This document shows, in pieces, positions 1 to 9,544 of a DNA stretch of 64,000 nt. The notes beneath the pieces were generated by a model. It was not told the DNA's origin. It was given only the letters and a program-made list of their open reading frames with translations, and ran no database searches. The stretch is from Candidatus Woesearchaeota archaeon (GTDB lineage Archaea; Nanobdellota; Nanobdellia; Woesearchaeales; GW2011-AR15): the NCBI GenBank assembly GCA_016928835.1, contig JAFGJW010000006.1, forward strand, positions 180,191 to 244,190, read 5' to 3'. The position numbers were made by a program, and so were the translations under genes. Within the stretch, counting starts at the first letter, position 1, and every line of letters starts with the position of its first letter.

Positions 1-131
1 AAGGAGACATTATGCGCTACTATGGCAGCTATGAAAAGGCAAAAGCCCTACTAGGATGGCAGCCAGAGTTTTCATATAAACAAGGACTAATAAACACAAT
101 TAAGTGGCAGAATAGTCAGCTTCTAAAATAA
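1..131 (+). CDS. 3-prime end of an NAD-dependent sugar epimerase/dehydratase-like gene (5-prime part lies outside the window)
   Basis: Frame 3 reads GDIMRYYGSYEKAKALLGWQPEFSYKQGLINTIKWQNSQLLK with stop TAA at 129-131. The KA..LGW.P...GL..TI.W pattern is typical of SDR epimerase C-termini. It overlaps the convergent gene by 16 nt. Confidence 0.5.
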   Translation, partial: GDIMRYYGSYEKAKALLGWQPEFSYKQGLINTIKWQNSQLLK

Positions 132-796
132 TATCTAATTATATTTACTAAAAATTCAAATATGGATATAATTCTGACATTTGATTTTCCCTTTTTTCTT
201 TTAAGATATTCTCCAGGAATTTCTTTAATGTCCATACCTAGTTTCTTCGCCTTGATAAGCAGTTCAGTGTCAATAAACCAGTCTTTGGATTCAAGAGTAA
301 TGTGTTCCATCAGCTTCCTCGGAAATAGTTTCGGTTTTGCGTTAATATCCTTGCTGGATATACCAAAAAGCAGTTTAACAAGTGAATTAAAAATAAAGCT
401 GAAGAATTTTCTTTGTATACCGTCTTCTCGTAAAATTCTCTTCATCTTACACACGGAGTTGGGATTGCTTACTGCACATTTATATAGCTTAGCAATAATG
501 CCAGCACTTACCTGAGCATCGCCATCTCTCCAGCCAATTATTTCTCCATTTGCCTTTTTTAATCCCTCAGCCACACCATAACCATAACCAATATTATTCT
601 TGATAGTTATTTTCTTGATTCTCTTATCCTTAACAAACTTATCAATAAGGCTTGCAGTGTTGTCCGTAGAACCATTATCAACTGCAATAATCTCATATTT
701 AATATCAAGAGTATCAAGTGATTTAATATTGTCCATTAAGACTTTCTCGACATTTTTTTCTTCATTATAGAAAGGGATTACAAGTGTAAATTGCAT
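116..796 (-). CDS. Family 2 glycosyltransferase (dolichyl-phosphate sugar synthase-like)
   Basis: N-terminus VIPFYNEEKNVEKVL and IIAVDNGSTDNT, followed by GDAQ. This is the classic GT2 (GT-A fold) signature. Confidence 0.85.
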   Translation of the reverse strand: MQFTLVIPFYNEEKNVEKVLMDNIKSLDTLDIKYEIIAVDNGSTDNTASLIDKFVKDKRIKKITIKNNIGYGYGVAEGLKKANGEIIGWRDGDAQVSAGIIAKLYKCAVSNPNSVCKMKRILREDGIQRKFFSFIFNSLVKLLFGISSKDINAKPKLFPRKLMEHITLESKDWFIDTELLIKAKKLGMDIKEIPGEYLKRKKGKSNVRIISIFEFLVNIIRYYFRS

Positions 797-935
797 ATAA
801 CTATGGAAAATTTAGATTGGTATAAATCTTTTCTTTTTAATTGGCCAGTTATTGGGTATTAATACTTGTAGTGTTACAAATCAATTTGAACCTATAACAA
901 AATTTAAATAATAAAAGCTTAACATAAAGTATATT

Positions 936-2315
936 ATGAAGACAACGAATAAGATAATTACATTATTATTGTTCTGTATTCTATTTAGCCAGGTTGTGTT
1001 TGCAGACGGGATGATTCATATCTATGATAAAGATATGTGGAGTCTGTATCCTGAAGAACAGCAACTGGTTGCCATTAATTATGAAAATGGCTATGAAAAC
1101 ATGCTCATCTCAATTAATATAAATGAAGACATCTATGGAGAAAAAGCAGTCTGGGTATTTCCAGTGCCAGCTGAGCCGGAGAAGGTTGTTATAGATATTT
1201 ACAAAGGATTTCCAAGATTGTATGGAAAAGATGTTGACAGTGAGTTTAAAGATACAATTAGGACTGTTGGCTGGTCCTTGGCGGGGTATTCAACTTTCCC
1301 AATTGGATTATACTTTGTATTATTTGGGAGGGTAGCATACTGGAGGGGTTCTAGTGCTATTGCCCAGGAATTGAAGTTAGATGATGGCATCACAATACAT
1401 GAGACTGTTGAAAAGATGGGGATTACATCAGAGCTAATAACAACAAAAAACAGAGCGGCATTAGACAGCTATTTACTTAGCAAAGGACTCGAGTTCCCAT
1501 CAGACTCGATGTACATAATAGAAGAATATGTTGGCGAGGAATATTCATTTGTCATATCCTATATCAGCAATTTGGCTGAGTTCAAGCAACAGACCCAAAT
1601 AAATTATGGAACAAGATACGGCTCTGTCACTGAATTTCCATTAGGTGTCTTTGTTAAGTTCCCCTGTGAGAAGATATATTTCCCATTAAAGCCGACAAGT
1701 GTTTATGGAAGCCAGAGAATTCCAATTCTAATGTACGTTGTTGGGCATGTGACCCCAATACTTTATAAGGAAATAAAACAGGATGCAGATGTAGTTTATT
1801 ATATGCAACAGAGCTATTATCCTGACAATAATTTGAAGGATTTTTTCAATAATAAGGACAGAATTGAGAATTTTAAGTATACAAAAATAAAGCTGAATCC
1901 GCCTTCTAAATACCTTGTGGAAGACCTATGGATTAAAAGATCTGCTCCATTAACAATCAGCACCAAAAATTTCTTAATAAAGACAGCTTGGTATTGGGGA
2001 ATTCTACTGTATGTTTTGCTATCTGTTGCTGCCAGCCTCCTATCTGGCTTTTTAAGTTTTATGGACCAACCTTTGTCAAGAAAAAAATTAGTATTATTTG
2101 GTCTCTGGAACTGCTTAACTTTTGCTGGGTTTGGAATAGCATCTTTATTCCTAAAATCAAAAAAACTTGATCCTTCAATAAAAGAAGAACTAAAGCAAAA
2201 GGGGATTGATGTTACTGTCAGAGATCCTAGGAAAATATTATATGTTTTTTTATTTTATGTATTTTTCCTTGTATTCTTACTGTTTACCTTCCTACTCCTT
2301 TATTTTGTTATATAA
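936..2315 (+). CDS. Secreted/membrane-anchored protein, possibly DUF2330-like
   Basis: Signal peptide MKTTNKIITLLLFCILFSQVVFADG. The motif EEQQLVAINYENGYENMLISI...AVWVFPVPAEP resembles my recollection of DUF2330. There are several C-terminal TM helices. Confidence 0.55.
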   Translation: MKTTNKIITLLLFCILFSQVVFADGMIHIYDKDMWSLYPEEQQLVAINYENGYENMLISININEDIYGEKAVWVFPVPAEPEKVVIDIYKGFPRLYGKDVDSEFKDTIRTVGWSLAGYSTFPIGLYFVLFGRVAYWRGSSAIAQELKLDDGITIHETVEKMGITSELITTKNRAALDSYLLSKGLEFPSDSMYIIEEYVGEEYSFVISYISNLAEFKQQTQINYGTRYGSVTEFPLGVFVKFPCEKIYFPLKPTSVYGSQRIPILMYVVGHVTPILYKEIKQDADVVYYMQQSYYPDNNLKDFFNNKDRIENFKYTKIKLNPPSKYLVEDLWIKRSAPLTISTKNFLIKTAWYWGILLYVLLSVAASLLSGFLSFMDQPLSRKKLVLFGLWNCLTFAGFGIASLFLKSKKLDPSIKEELKQKGIDVTVRDPRKILYVFLFYVFFLVFLLFTFLLLYFVI

Positions 2316-2355
2316 ACTAGAAAAGATTATTAATCTAGGGTGTTTTTATTTTTTT

Positions 2356-3957
2356 ATGAAGAGAGAGACTATCTATGACATTCTCGTTCTGGTTCTGTTT
2401 CTAATTAGTTTTTTTATCCGCATCAATGTAGACAAGATCTATCTTAATAATCCCGGTAATGTTAAGGCATCTGACCCCGCCTATCATGTGCTGGTAGCAG
2501 ATTACATTGCTGAATCTGGAGTAATAGGCAAATCACCGCCTTACCTTGCACAAGGCCATACTAATGTAGTAGATATTGTGCCTCCGCTTCAGGCAATTAT
2601 CTCTGGCTCCTTAATACATTTCTCTGGTATAGAAAGCTGGAATATTACTTATTTTGTACCATGCTTGTTAAATTCTTTGGCTTTAGTCATCATCTATTTG
2701 ATGTTCAGCAGAATATTCCGCTCTAAAGAAATTGGGATTATGGCAATGGCGCTCCTTGTCGTTCCATTCAATGCAAGAAGATGGTGGTACTTTCTTTTTA
2801 TAGGGGTATGGCCAAATATTAGTGTATTGACATATGTGGTTTTCAATATTTATCTCATGTTCCTCTTTTTTGAGACAAAAGAAAAGATATATTTATACTT
2901 ACTTGGGGCTTCATTAAGTGCGTTGTATTTACTACATTATTCTGAAATAATACTCCTACTCCCTCTTCTCATATATTTACTCTATTGTGTGCTTAGAAAT
3001 GATTCGTTGGTTCAAAAAATTATTAACTTTGCCGCAATCGGGTTTCTGCCTTTTATTATGTTTGTATTAACCATAACCTGGCTCATTTTCAGCAGGGAAG
3101 GTAGTCTGCCTTCTGGAATCCAAGTCCACATTCCACAGTACACAAATTTTCCTTTTGCAGTAACAGTCCAAGACATAGGAATTGTATATGGACTTATTTT
3201 TTTTATAGGGTTCATCCTACTATTGACAAATTATAAGAAGTACAAGAATTTGATTTTCTACTACTTTTATTTTTACACACTTACATTTATACTGCCTTTC
3301 TTAGTGAAAGGAGAGTATTATCTACTCAGACTCAGACCGTTTACAATATATTTAATTGCGCCTATGGCTGCATACGCATTATATTATCTAATAGTGAAGC
3401 CATTACAGAAAGCAGGCATTCCAAGTCAAGTTTCTGCTGTTATACTTGGATTTTTATTTGTTATTGCTGCGGTTCCTGGCTACAAGCAACTCCAAAGTGG
3501 TGTAGATTATATTAATATTCCTGAAATAAGATACCAGGCATATGACTGGATAAATGAAAACACTGCTAAAGAGGATGTAGTTTTCTCTTTTGGAGATGAT
3601 AGCCAGAATATTGACTGCTTCATGAAGAGAGTTAAGTACAGGGTTTATCTGCAGCCTCTAAGAAACATAGGGCTCAATGAGAATGAGAGCTTGCCTCTTA
3701 TGTATGAAGGATATTGGGTGCAGTTTTTCTGGCACCAAGGAGATTATTTGAAGAATATATTTTCAGTAGCAAGAGTCACGCCAAGAGCTATACCAAATTC
3801 ATTGCTTGAGTTTGATTATGTGTATTTTGAGCATATTGATCAACAAATAGCTCAGTTCAATGTCAAATTGGCTAAACAGTTGATTGAAGATAATGGGTTT
3901 AGTGTAGTCTTTAACAATAATTTTGCGATTGTGTTAAAAAATGAAAACCAACAATAA
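2356..3957 (+). CDS. Polytopic membrane protein, GT-C type glycosyltransferase-like (ArnT/PMT/AglB-like architecture)
   Basis: ORF 2206-3957. I chose the ATG at 2356 (MKRETIYDILVLVLF) because the upstream part overlaps the previous gene. It has more than 10 hydrophobic helices and a roughly 150-aa soluble C-terminal domain. No diagnostic motif was confirmed. Confidence 0.5.
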   Translation: MKRETIYDILVLVLFLISFFIRINVDKIYLNNPGNVKASDPAYHVLVADYIAESGVIGKSPPYLAQGHTNVVDIVPPLQAIISGSLIHFSGIESWNITYFVPCLLNSLALVIIYLMFSRIFRSKEIGIMAMALLVVPFNARRWWYFLFIGVWPNISVLTYVVFNIYLMFLFFETKEKIYLYLLGASLSALYLLHYSEIILLLPLLIYLLYCVLRNDSLVQKIINFAAIGFLPFIMFVLTITWLIFSREGSLPSGIQVHIPQYTNFPFAVTVQDIGIVYGLIFFIGFILLLTNYKKYKNLIFYYFYFYTLTFILPFLVKGEYYLLRLRPFTIYLIAPMAAYALYYLIVKPLQKAGIPSQVSAVILGFLFVIAAVPGYKQLQSGVDYINIPEIRYQAYDWINENTAKEDVVFSFGDDSQNIDCFMKRVKYRVYLQPLRNIGLNENESLPLMYEGYWVQFFWHQGDYLKNIFSVARVTPRAIPNSLLEFDYVYFEHIDQQIAQFNVKLAKQLIEDNGFSVVFNNNFAIVLKNENQQ

Positions 3958-4354
3958 GGAGTTGGCAGTTTTTGTATTGGTGGAAATAGTTACAATATTT
4001 GTAATTGGGTTGGCTTTTAAGGGAATTGAAAGGGCTATACACTTTGCGTTTGCGTATCTGTTTGTCTATTTTTTACCATATCTGCCTCTCTGGTTTAGGT
4101 TCAGAAAGAGGTCAATTGTCGAGCAATTTGTATTAATTAATGTGATTGGTCTGTGTATAAGCCCTGTAGTATTTTTTCTTGTAAGTTTTTTAATTGCCCC
4201 GTTAAGCAACACATTATTTATGGCATTGCCAATAGTACTTCTTTTTTTCAATCTCCTTCTCAATAGGCCGGAAATCAAATTATATTTTGGAAAAAAAGCA
4301 GATAAAGAGAGTAAAAAACAGGATAAGGAAAGAAAGAAGACGAAGAATCAGTAA
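3941..4354 (+). CDS. Small integral membrane protein with a Lys-rich tail
   Basis: ORF with 4 hydrophobic segments and the C-terminus KKADKESKKQDKERKKTKNQ. It overlaps the upstream gene by 17 nt, suggesting an operon. Confidence 0.45.
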   Translation: MKTNNKELAVFVLVEIVTIFVIGLAFKGIERAIHFAFAYLFVYFLPYLPLWFRFRKRSIVEQFVLINVIGLCISPVVFFLVSFLIAPLSNTLFMALPIVLLFFNLLLNRPEIKLYFGKKADKESKKQDKERKKTKNQ

Positions 4355-4448
4355 GTTTTATAAATTACCTGTCTTTCCTGTGGTATAAAAAGCCCGAGTT
4401 CAAATGAGCGATTTGAGGGCCGGTGTTATTCTCGGGTGTTTTAACAGA

Positions 4449-4919
4449 ATGGAAAAAATAAGACATATTGTAAGGATCGGAAATACAGATATAGAAGGTC
4501 ATAAACCAATTCATCTTGCTCTCACAAAGGTAAGAGGTATTGGAGTAATGTATTCAAATCTTATCTGTGCAACTGCTGGACTAGATAAAAGAATGAAGGC
4601 AGGAGTATTGTCCTCTGACCAGATAGAACGAATAAATGATATACTGCAAAACCCAGAAAAACATAAAATCCCAAAATGGATTATGAACAGGAGAAAAGAT
4701 TACAATGATGGGGTTGCCAAACATCATACTGGAGGAGATCTCCAGTTCTCCCAAGAAGGGGATTTAAGAAGAATGAAGAAAATCAAATCTTACAGAGGAT
4801 GGAGGCATATACTTGGGCTGCCTGTAAGAGGGCAGAGGACAAAAGGCAATTTTAGGAAAAATAGAGGTAGAGTTGTTGGTGTAAAAAAGAGAAAAGGAGT
4901 GAAAGCAGGTAGAGTATAA
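4449..4919 (+). CDS. rps13: 30S ribosomal protein uS13
   Basis: MEKIRHIVRIGNTDIEGHKPIHLALTKVRGIGVMY is a typical archaeal S13 N-terminus. The ATG at 4449 is preferred over the ORF-track start at 4404. The stop overlaps the rps4 start (TAATG). Confidence 0.9.
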   Translation: MEKIRHIVRIGNTDIEGHKPIHLALTKVRGIGVMYSNLICATAGLDKRMKAGVLSSDQIERINDILQNPEKHKIPKWIMNRRKDYNDGVAKHHTGGDLQFSQEGDLRRMKKIKSYRGWRHILGLPVRGQRTKGNFRKNRGRVVGVKKRKGVKAGRV

Positions 4920-5461
4920 TGGGAGATCCAAGCAAATTAAGAAAGAAGTATTCAAAACCTTCGCACCCATGGCAAAAGCTGAGAATCGAAGAAGAAAAAG
5001 TACTTTTGAAGGAGTATGGGTTTAAAAATAAAACAGAACTCTGGGTTCTTAATTCAAAGCTAAGAGATTTTAAGAAACAGGTCAAAGATCTGGTGCCCAG
5101 AAGAGATGAGCAGGCTGAGAAGGAGAAGAGGCAACTGCTCACAAAACTACAGTCACTCAATCTTATTGGGAAAGATGCAATTTTAGAGGACATATTGGCG
5201 CTTGAACTTAAGGATATATGTGAGAGAAGGCTACAGACGATAGTGTTCAGAAAAGGACTTGCAAAATCAATTAGACAATCAAGGCAATTTATTGTCCATG
5301 AGCATATCACAGTTGGTAATCATGTCATAACCTCACCTTCATACCTTATTAGCACAAAGGAAGAACCCCTAGTAAGCTTTGCAAATAATGCTCTTTTTAA
5401 TAATGAAGATCATCCAGAAAGGCAAAAAATGACACAAACAGCAGAGGTTAAAAATGAATAG
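4919..5461 (+). CDS. rps4: 30S ribosomal protein uS4
   Basis: [20 protein letters not shown] is an archaeal S4 N-terminus, and an S4 RNA-binding domain follows ([27 protein letters not shown]). Confidence 0.9.
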   Translation: MGDPSKLRKKYSKPSHPWQKLRIEEEKVLLKEYGFKNKTELWVLNSKLRDFKKQVKDLVPRRDEQAEKEKRQLLTKLQSLNLIGKDAILEDILALELKDICERRLQTIVFRKGLAKSIRQSRQFIVHEHITVGNHVITSPSYLISTKEEPLVSFANNALFNNEDHPERQKMTQTAEVKNE

Positions 5462-5846
5462 GGGAAGATGGGGAATATGCCACATTTATTCATCATATAA
5501 TAATACAATCATACATATTACCGACATCACCGGGAGTGAGACTATTGCAATATCCTCTGGAGGACAAATTGTAAAGGCTGATCGTCTGGAGAGTTCTCCA
5601 ACTGCTGCAATGGCAGCTGCAAAGAAAGTTGCTGAGATAGCGCGAGAAAAAGGACTTGATGGCATTCATATTAAAATAAAGGCACCAGGAGGCCATAATG
5701 GTCCGAATAACCCCGGACCAGGTGCTCAGGCAGCAATTAGGACCTTATCAAGAATGGGATTAAGGATTGGAATGATTGAAGATGTAACCCCCATACCCCA
5801 TGATGGCTGCAGAAAAAAAGGAGGAAGAAGAGGAAGACGAGTATAA
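5454..5846 (+). CDS. rps11: 30S ribosomal protein uS11
   Basis: [25 protein letters not shown] and the C-terminus [20 protein letters not shown] are typical of S11. Confidence 0.9.
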   Translation: MNRGRWGICHIYSSYNNTIIHITDITGSETIAISSGGQIVKADRLESSPTAAMAAAKKVAEIAREKGLDGIHIKIKAPGGHNGPNNPGPGAQAAIRTLSRMGLRIGMIEDVTPIPHDGCRKKGGRRGRRV

Positions 5847-5847
5847 A

Positions 5848-6627
5848 ATGGTCGAACTTAAAAGTCTATCAAAAAGAGATAACATCCATAGTTTTGCATT
5901 AAATGATAGCTCACCTGCTTATAGTAATGCTTTGCGAAGAATTATGCTTAATGAAGTACCTGTTTTAGCTGTGGAGGATGTTGAATTCAGAAGGAATAGT
6001 TCATCTTTATATGATGAAATGATTGCACACAGATTGGGACTGATACCTCTTACTACGGACCAAAAATCTTACGAGTTTAAGAACAAGTGCAAATGTAAAG
6101 GTGAAGGATGTGCTAAATGCACTTTAAAATTTACTCTTAAAGAAAAAGGACCAAAAACAGTATACGCATCTAGCCTTAAGTCAGCTGACCCAAAAGTAAA
6201 ACCTGTTCACCCTAAAACAATAATTGTTAAACTCTTGAAAGACCAGGAAATAGAATTGGAGGCTACAGCTGTTTTAGGCAAGGGAGAGGAACATGTTAAA
6301 TGGTCTCCTTGTCATGTTTATTACAAGTCAATGCCTGAAATTAAAATTCAGGAAAATAAAATCAAAGACCCTAAAACTGTGGCCGAATCATGCCCTGCTA
6401 AGGTATTTGAGGTTAAAAATAATAAACTACAAGTTAAGAATATATTCAATTGTCATATGTGCAATGCTTGCGTTGAGGTTTCAGATAGTAGTGTGCAAGT
6501 ATTACCTAGTAAAAAGGATTACATATTTTACATAGAATCCTGGGGCCAATTGTCGCCAAGAGAGATTGTAATTGCAGGAACAGAGATACTTGATCAAAAA
6601 CTTATGGAATTAGAAAAAGCTCTATAG
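5848..6627 (+). CDS. rpoD: DNA-directed RNA polymerase subunit D (Rpo3)
   Basis: ATG at 5848, 1 nt after the rps11 stop. ALRRIMLNEVPVLAVEDVEF and EMIAHRLGLIPL are RpoD/RPB3 motifs. It also has the Cys cluster CPAKVFEV...CHMCNACVE. Confidence 0.9.
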   Translation: MVELKSLSKRDNIHSFALNDSSPAYSNALRRIMLNEVPVLAVEDVEFRRNSSSLYDEMIAHRLGLIPLTTDQKSYEFKNKCKCKGEGCAKCTLKFTLKEKGPKTVYASSLKSADPKVKPVHPKTIIVKLLKDQEIELEATAVLGKGEEHVKWSPCHVYYKSMPEIKIQENKIKDPKTVAESCPAKVFEVKNNKLQVKNIFNCHMCNACVEVSDSSVQVLPSKKDYIFYIESWGQLSPREIVIAGTEILDQKLMELEKAL

Positions 6628-6649
6628 CTCTAGGTATCCCGAGGATAAA

Positions 6650-6802
6650 GCGGGGGTGCCGGAGAACTCACTAATGTTTGTACTCCAACACAGGTAGTGT
6701 GTCCGGAGTGGTCAATTAAGAGATATGGCTCTTAGACCAGACGGGCATGGTTGAGGTCCATGTGGCTTAGTGCCTGCGCGTGTTCGAATCACGTCCCCCG
6801 CA
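6650..6802 (+). tRNA. tRNA-Leu(GAG) carrying about 69 nt of extra sequence in the D-loop (apparently two non-canonical introns)
   Basis: Acceptor GCGGGGG/CCCCCGC with discriminator A. T arm GCGTG-TTCGAAT-CACGT. Anticodon arm CATGG-TTGAGGT-CCATG (6746-6762). Long variable arm TGGCTTAGTGCCTGC. The D arm CCGG-AGTGGTCAA-ACGG can only be assembled after removing about 44 nt (6665-6708, flanked by a CCGGAG repeat) and about 25 nt (6716-6740). The mature length would be 84 nt. Confidence 0.7.
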
Positions 6803-6810
6803 TAAATAAA

Positions 6811-7158
6811 ATGAGAAACATACAAATACAATCGCTGATAGAGAACCTAAAGAAAACATCTATCGAGCAGAAGGTTAATATTTGGAAGAGAATTGCTTGT
6901 GAGTTAGAAAAACCTACAAAAAAGAGAAGAGCTGTTAATCTGTCAAAGATTAATAGGTATATTAAGAACAATGATACAGTGATTGTACCAGGCAAAGTTT
7001 TAGGTATGGGTGAACTAGACAAGAAGGTTACTATAGCTGCTTATACTTTCTCAGGGCAGGCCATAAGCAAAATCCTAAGCTCAGGTTCACACGCAGTATC
7101 TATTGAAGAATTGTTAAAAAAGAATCCAAAGGGATCAAAGATAAGAATAATAGGATAA
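6811..7158 (+). CDS. rpl18e: 50S ribosomal protein L18e
   Basis: The ATG at 6811 lies 8 nt after the tRNA. The protein reads MRNIQIQSLIENLKK...RRAVNLSKINRY...VIVPGKVLG, which looks L18e-like. The ORF-track N-terminal extension overlaps the tRNA and was discarded. Confidence 0.85.
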   Translation: MRNIQIQSLIENLKKTSIEQKVNIWKRIACELEKPTKKRRAVNLSKINRYIKNNDTVIVPGKVLGMGELDKKVTIAAYTFSGQAISKILSSGSHAVSIEELLKKNPKGSKIRIIG

Positions 7159-7169
7159 AAACAATTAAA

Positions 7170-7592
7170 ATGATAATAATAGACGGAACAGAGTTGATAT
7201 TAGGAAGATTAGCTAGTTATGCTGCAAAGCAGCTGTTGCTAGGTGAGAATGTACATATAATTAATTGCGAAAAGGTTATTGACACTGGATCTAAACAGCA
7301 AATTCTCAAAAAATACAAAAGGAGAATGGAGAGGGGAACTCCCAGGAAAGGTCCTTTTATGCACAGAATGCCACACAGAATAGTTAAAAGAACTGTTAGA
7401 GGCATGTTGCCGTACAAAAAGGCAAGAGGCAAGGATGCTTATAAAAGGTTAAGATGTCATATTGGGATTCCTGAAGAGCTACAGGATAAGAAGACAATCA
7501 GCTTTAAAGATGCCCATTTGTCAAAACTTCCAAATGTGAAATATCTTGATTTGAAAACAATCTCACACAGAATAGGTGCAAAAATTGAGTAA
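7170..7592 (+). CDS. rpl13: 50S ribosomal protein uL13
   Basis: MIIIDGTELILGRLASYAAKQLLLGENVHIINCEKV is a typical L13 N-terminus. Confidence 0.9.
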   Translation: MIIIDGTELILGRLASYAAKQLLLGENVHIINCEKVIDTGSKQQILKKYKRRMERGTPRKGPFMHRMPHRIVKRTVRGMLPYKKARGKDAYKRLRCHIGIPEELQDKKTISFKDAHLSKLPNVKYLDLKTISHRIGAKIE

Positions 7593-7983
7593 GATAATTC
7601 ATCAATCTGGAAAAAGAAAAACAGCAGTGGCCAGAGCTACATTACAAGAGGGAAGCGGTTTAATAAAAATAAATAATATTGCTCTAGATGTTTTCCAACC
7701 CAAGTTATACAGACTTAAAATCAGAGAGCCTTTACTTCTTGCAGGAGACATTGCTCAGAAGGTTGATATTGATGTAAATGTGGAGGGCGGCGGAGTGATG
7801 GCCCAGGCAGAGGCAGCAAGACTTGCGATTGGAAGAGCATTAACAGATTTTGCCCCGAAACTCAAGAAAGTTTTCTTGGATTATGATAGGCAATTGCTTG
7901 TAGCAGATGTCAGATTTAAGGAGACTCATAAGCCTAACAAACACGGTAGTGCCAGGAGTAAGAAGCAGAAGTCATATAGGTAA
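7576..7983 (+). CDS. rps9: 30S ribosomal protein uS9
   Basis: GKRKTAVARATL and the C-terminus GSARSKKQKSYR are typical of S9. The GTG start overlaps rpl13 by 17 nt. Confidence 0.9.
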   Translation: MQKLSKIIHQSGKRKTAVARATLQEGSGLIKINNIALDVFQPKLYRLKIREPLLLAGDIAQKVDIDVNVEGGGVMAQAEAARLAIGRALTDFAPKLKKVFLDYDRQLLVADVRFKETHKPNKHGSARSKKQKSYR

Positions 7984-8111
7984 GTGGGGCTAATTAACTC
8001 ATTCAAAAACCCTCTTCTTGTGCGTGGGAGTAACTGGCTTAGTAAATTAAAATAGTAATTTCCTTTGTTATTGCATAATCATTATATACTATATTGTTGT
8101 CCTATACTATT

Positions 8112-9542
8112 ATGAAAAAATTCAAACTCTCACATTGGCACATCTTCTGGCTGATAATAGTTGCTTCTTTTATCCCTAGACTCTTGCTTGTGAATGACAG
8201 TCTTTTTCATTTTGATAGTGTAACCCTGGCTAATGCTGTGCAGAAATCATTGCAGGATAAGATACTTTACAGAGACCATGCATATAGTTATTTGAATGTA
8301 TTGGTTAATATGTTGTTTCACAAATTCTGGTGCTTGTTTGGGATAAATAATATTGAAACAGCATTAAAGCTAAATACAATACTATTTTCTTCTCTTTGCA
8401 GTGGATTTATGTTCCTATTCATAAAAAATAAGTACAATATTTCCACAGGAGTATTTGCTGGGTTAATCCTATCCTTCACGCCTGTTTTCTTTTCAGTCAG
8501 TACGTTTCCTCTTAATCACTCATTAGCTATCTTGTTCTTCTTGGTCTCATATTATTTTCTTCACAAGAAAAAGCCCCCCTATATTCTCTCAGGCATCTTT
8601 TCTTCGCTTGGCATTCTTATCCGGTTCGACTATGTTTTCTTCCTTATCCCATTAGTTTTCTATTTGTTAAAAAAGATGAATTATAAAAAAATAAAGAGTA
8701 GGCAAAATATAAGATTGCTTGCCAGTATTATTATCCCAACTATTGTCATGGTCTGCCGCCTATTGATTCAAGGAGAATATGTCTTTGGCACAATGGGGTA
8801 TCAGGGATTTTACTTCAACCTTTTTAATATATTTATAATATTCTCTTATTCAATCAAAGCTGTGACTATATTTGCTCTGATTTTCTCAATTTTTGGATTA
8901 TTGTATTTATCAGTCAAAAAGAGATATTATGATTTTTACTATTATCTCCTCTGGATTCTTATCCCCTTATTATATTTTAGTAATCTGGTAGGAACAAAGC
9001 CCAGGTACTTAATTCCTGTGTTCATACCAATGATTGTATTAAATGCACTTAGCATAGATGTTTTTTATAATAAATCCAAAAGGGCGGGTATTCTTATCCT
9101 AATATTCTTATTAGTACTTATGTTTTTATCCATTTATCCAACAGTGAGTTTCAGACACAAATACTCGACAGCAAAAGAATTTGCAAAGCTCATAAATAGA
9201 ACTACTGAACCTAATTCTGTTCTCATCCTTTACGGAGATGATGTGCCTTTAATGCATTTCTATGCTCAAAGAGAATATTTAGATTATGTCTACGGCAATA
9301 CTGAAAAAGACCTTATGAATTTCTTATCCAGCATTTTTCAGGCATTAGAATCAGGCAAGCCAGTATATTTATCTGAGACAGTATTTAATTTAGATTCAAG
9401 GGACAGAGGGATATATATCTTTGCTATGCTACAGAAGAACTTCAAGTTGACCCAAGTGGATACATTAATCTGGGAGAATCCTCATGCAGCCTCTGTTATG
9501 TCCCAGAAATTCAATGTCTCTTTAATCAAAATCGAGAGATAA
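8112..9542 (+). CDS. Polytopic membrane protein, GT39/ArnT-like glycosyltransferase architecture
   Basis: ATG at 8112 (MKKFKLSHWHIFWLIIVASFIPRLLLVNDSLFHFDS). About 11 hydrophobic helices are followed by a soluble C-terminal domain. The assignment rests on architecture only. Confidence 0.5.
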   Translation: MKKFKLSHWHIFWLIIVASFIPRLLLVNDSLFHFDSVTLANAVQKSLQDKILYRDHAYSYLNVLVNMLFHKFWCLFGINNIETALKLNTILFSSLCSGFMFLFIKNKYNISTGVFAGLILSFTPVFFSVSTFPLNHSLAILFFLVSYYFLHKKKPPYILSGIFSSLGILIRFDYVFFLIPLVFYLLKKMNYKKIKSRQNIRLLASIIIPTIVMVCRLLIQGEYVFGTMGYQGFYFNLFNIFIIFSYSIKAVTIFALIFSIFGLLYLSVKKRYYDFYYYLLWILIPLLYFSNLVGTKPRYLIPVFIPMIVLNALSIDVFYNKSKRAGILILIFLLVLMFLSIYPTVSFRHKYSTAKEFAKLINRTTEPNSVLILYGDDVPLMHFYAQREYLDYVYGNTEKDLMNFLSSIFQALESGKPVYLSETVFNLDSRDRGIYIFAMLQKNFKLTQVDTLIWENPHAASVMSQKFNVSLIKIER

Positions 9543-9544
9543 TA

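Noticed and set aside
162-515. Antisense or shadow ORFs listed in the track. Examples are 162-515, 1199-1393, 4852-5310, 9795-10046, 14788-15283, 27388-27889, 28096-28411, 29755-30132, 32061-33563, 51154-51642, 57083-57494, 59667-60124, 60881-61235 and 61817-62170.
   Set aside because: Each is nested in a longer ORF on the opposite strand or another frame that has clear family motifs. Their translations are low-complexity and lack start-site signals.
2206-2355. The N-terminal 50 codons of the ORF-track entry 2206-3957.
   Set aside because: They overlap the 3-prime end of the preceding gene by 110 nt in a Tyr/Phe/Leu-rich junk-like frame. The internal ATG at 2356 sits right after that gene.
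4385-4420. A GAGTTCAAAT segment that looks like a tRNA T-loop upstream of rps13.
   Set aside because: The flanking bases do not form a T-stem, and no acceptor or anticodon arms can be drawn.
6751-6810. An N-terminal extension of the L18e ORF (MRSMWLSACACSNHVPRINK).
   Set aside because: This stretch is the 3-prime half of tRNA-Leu. The conserved L18e sequence starts at the ATG at 6811.
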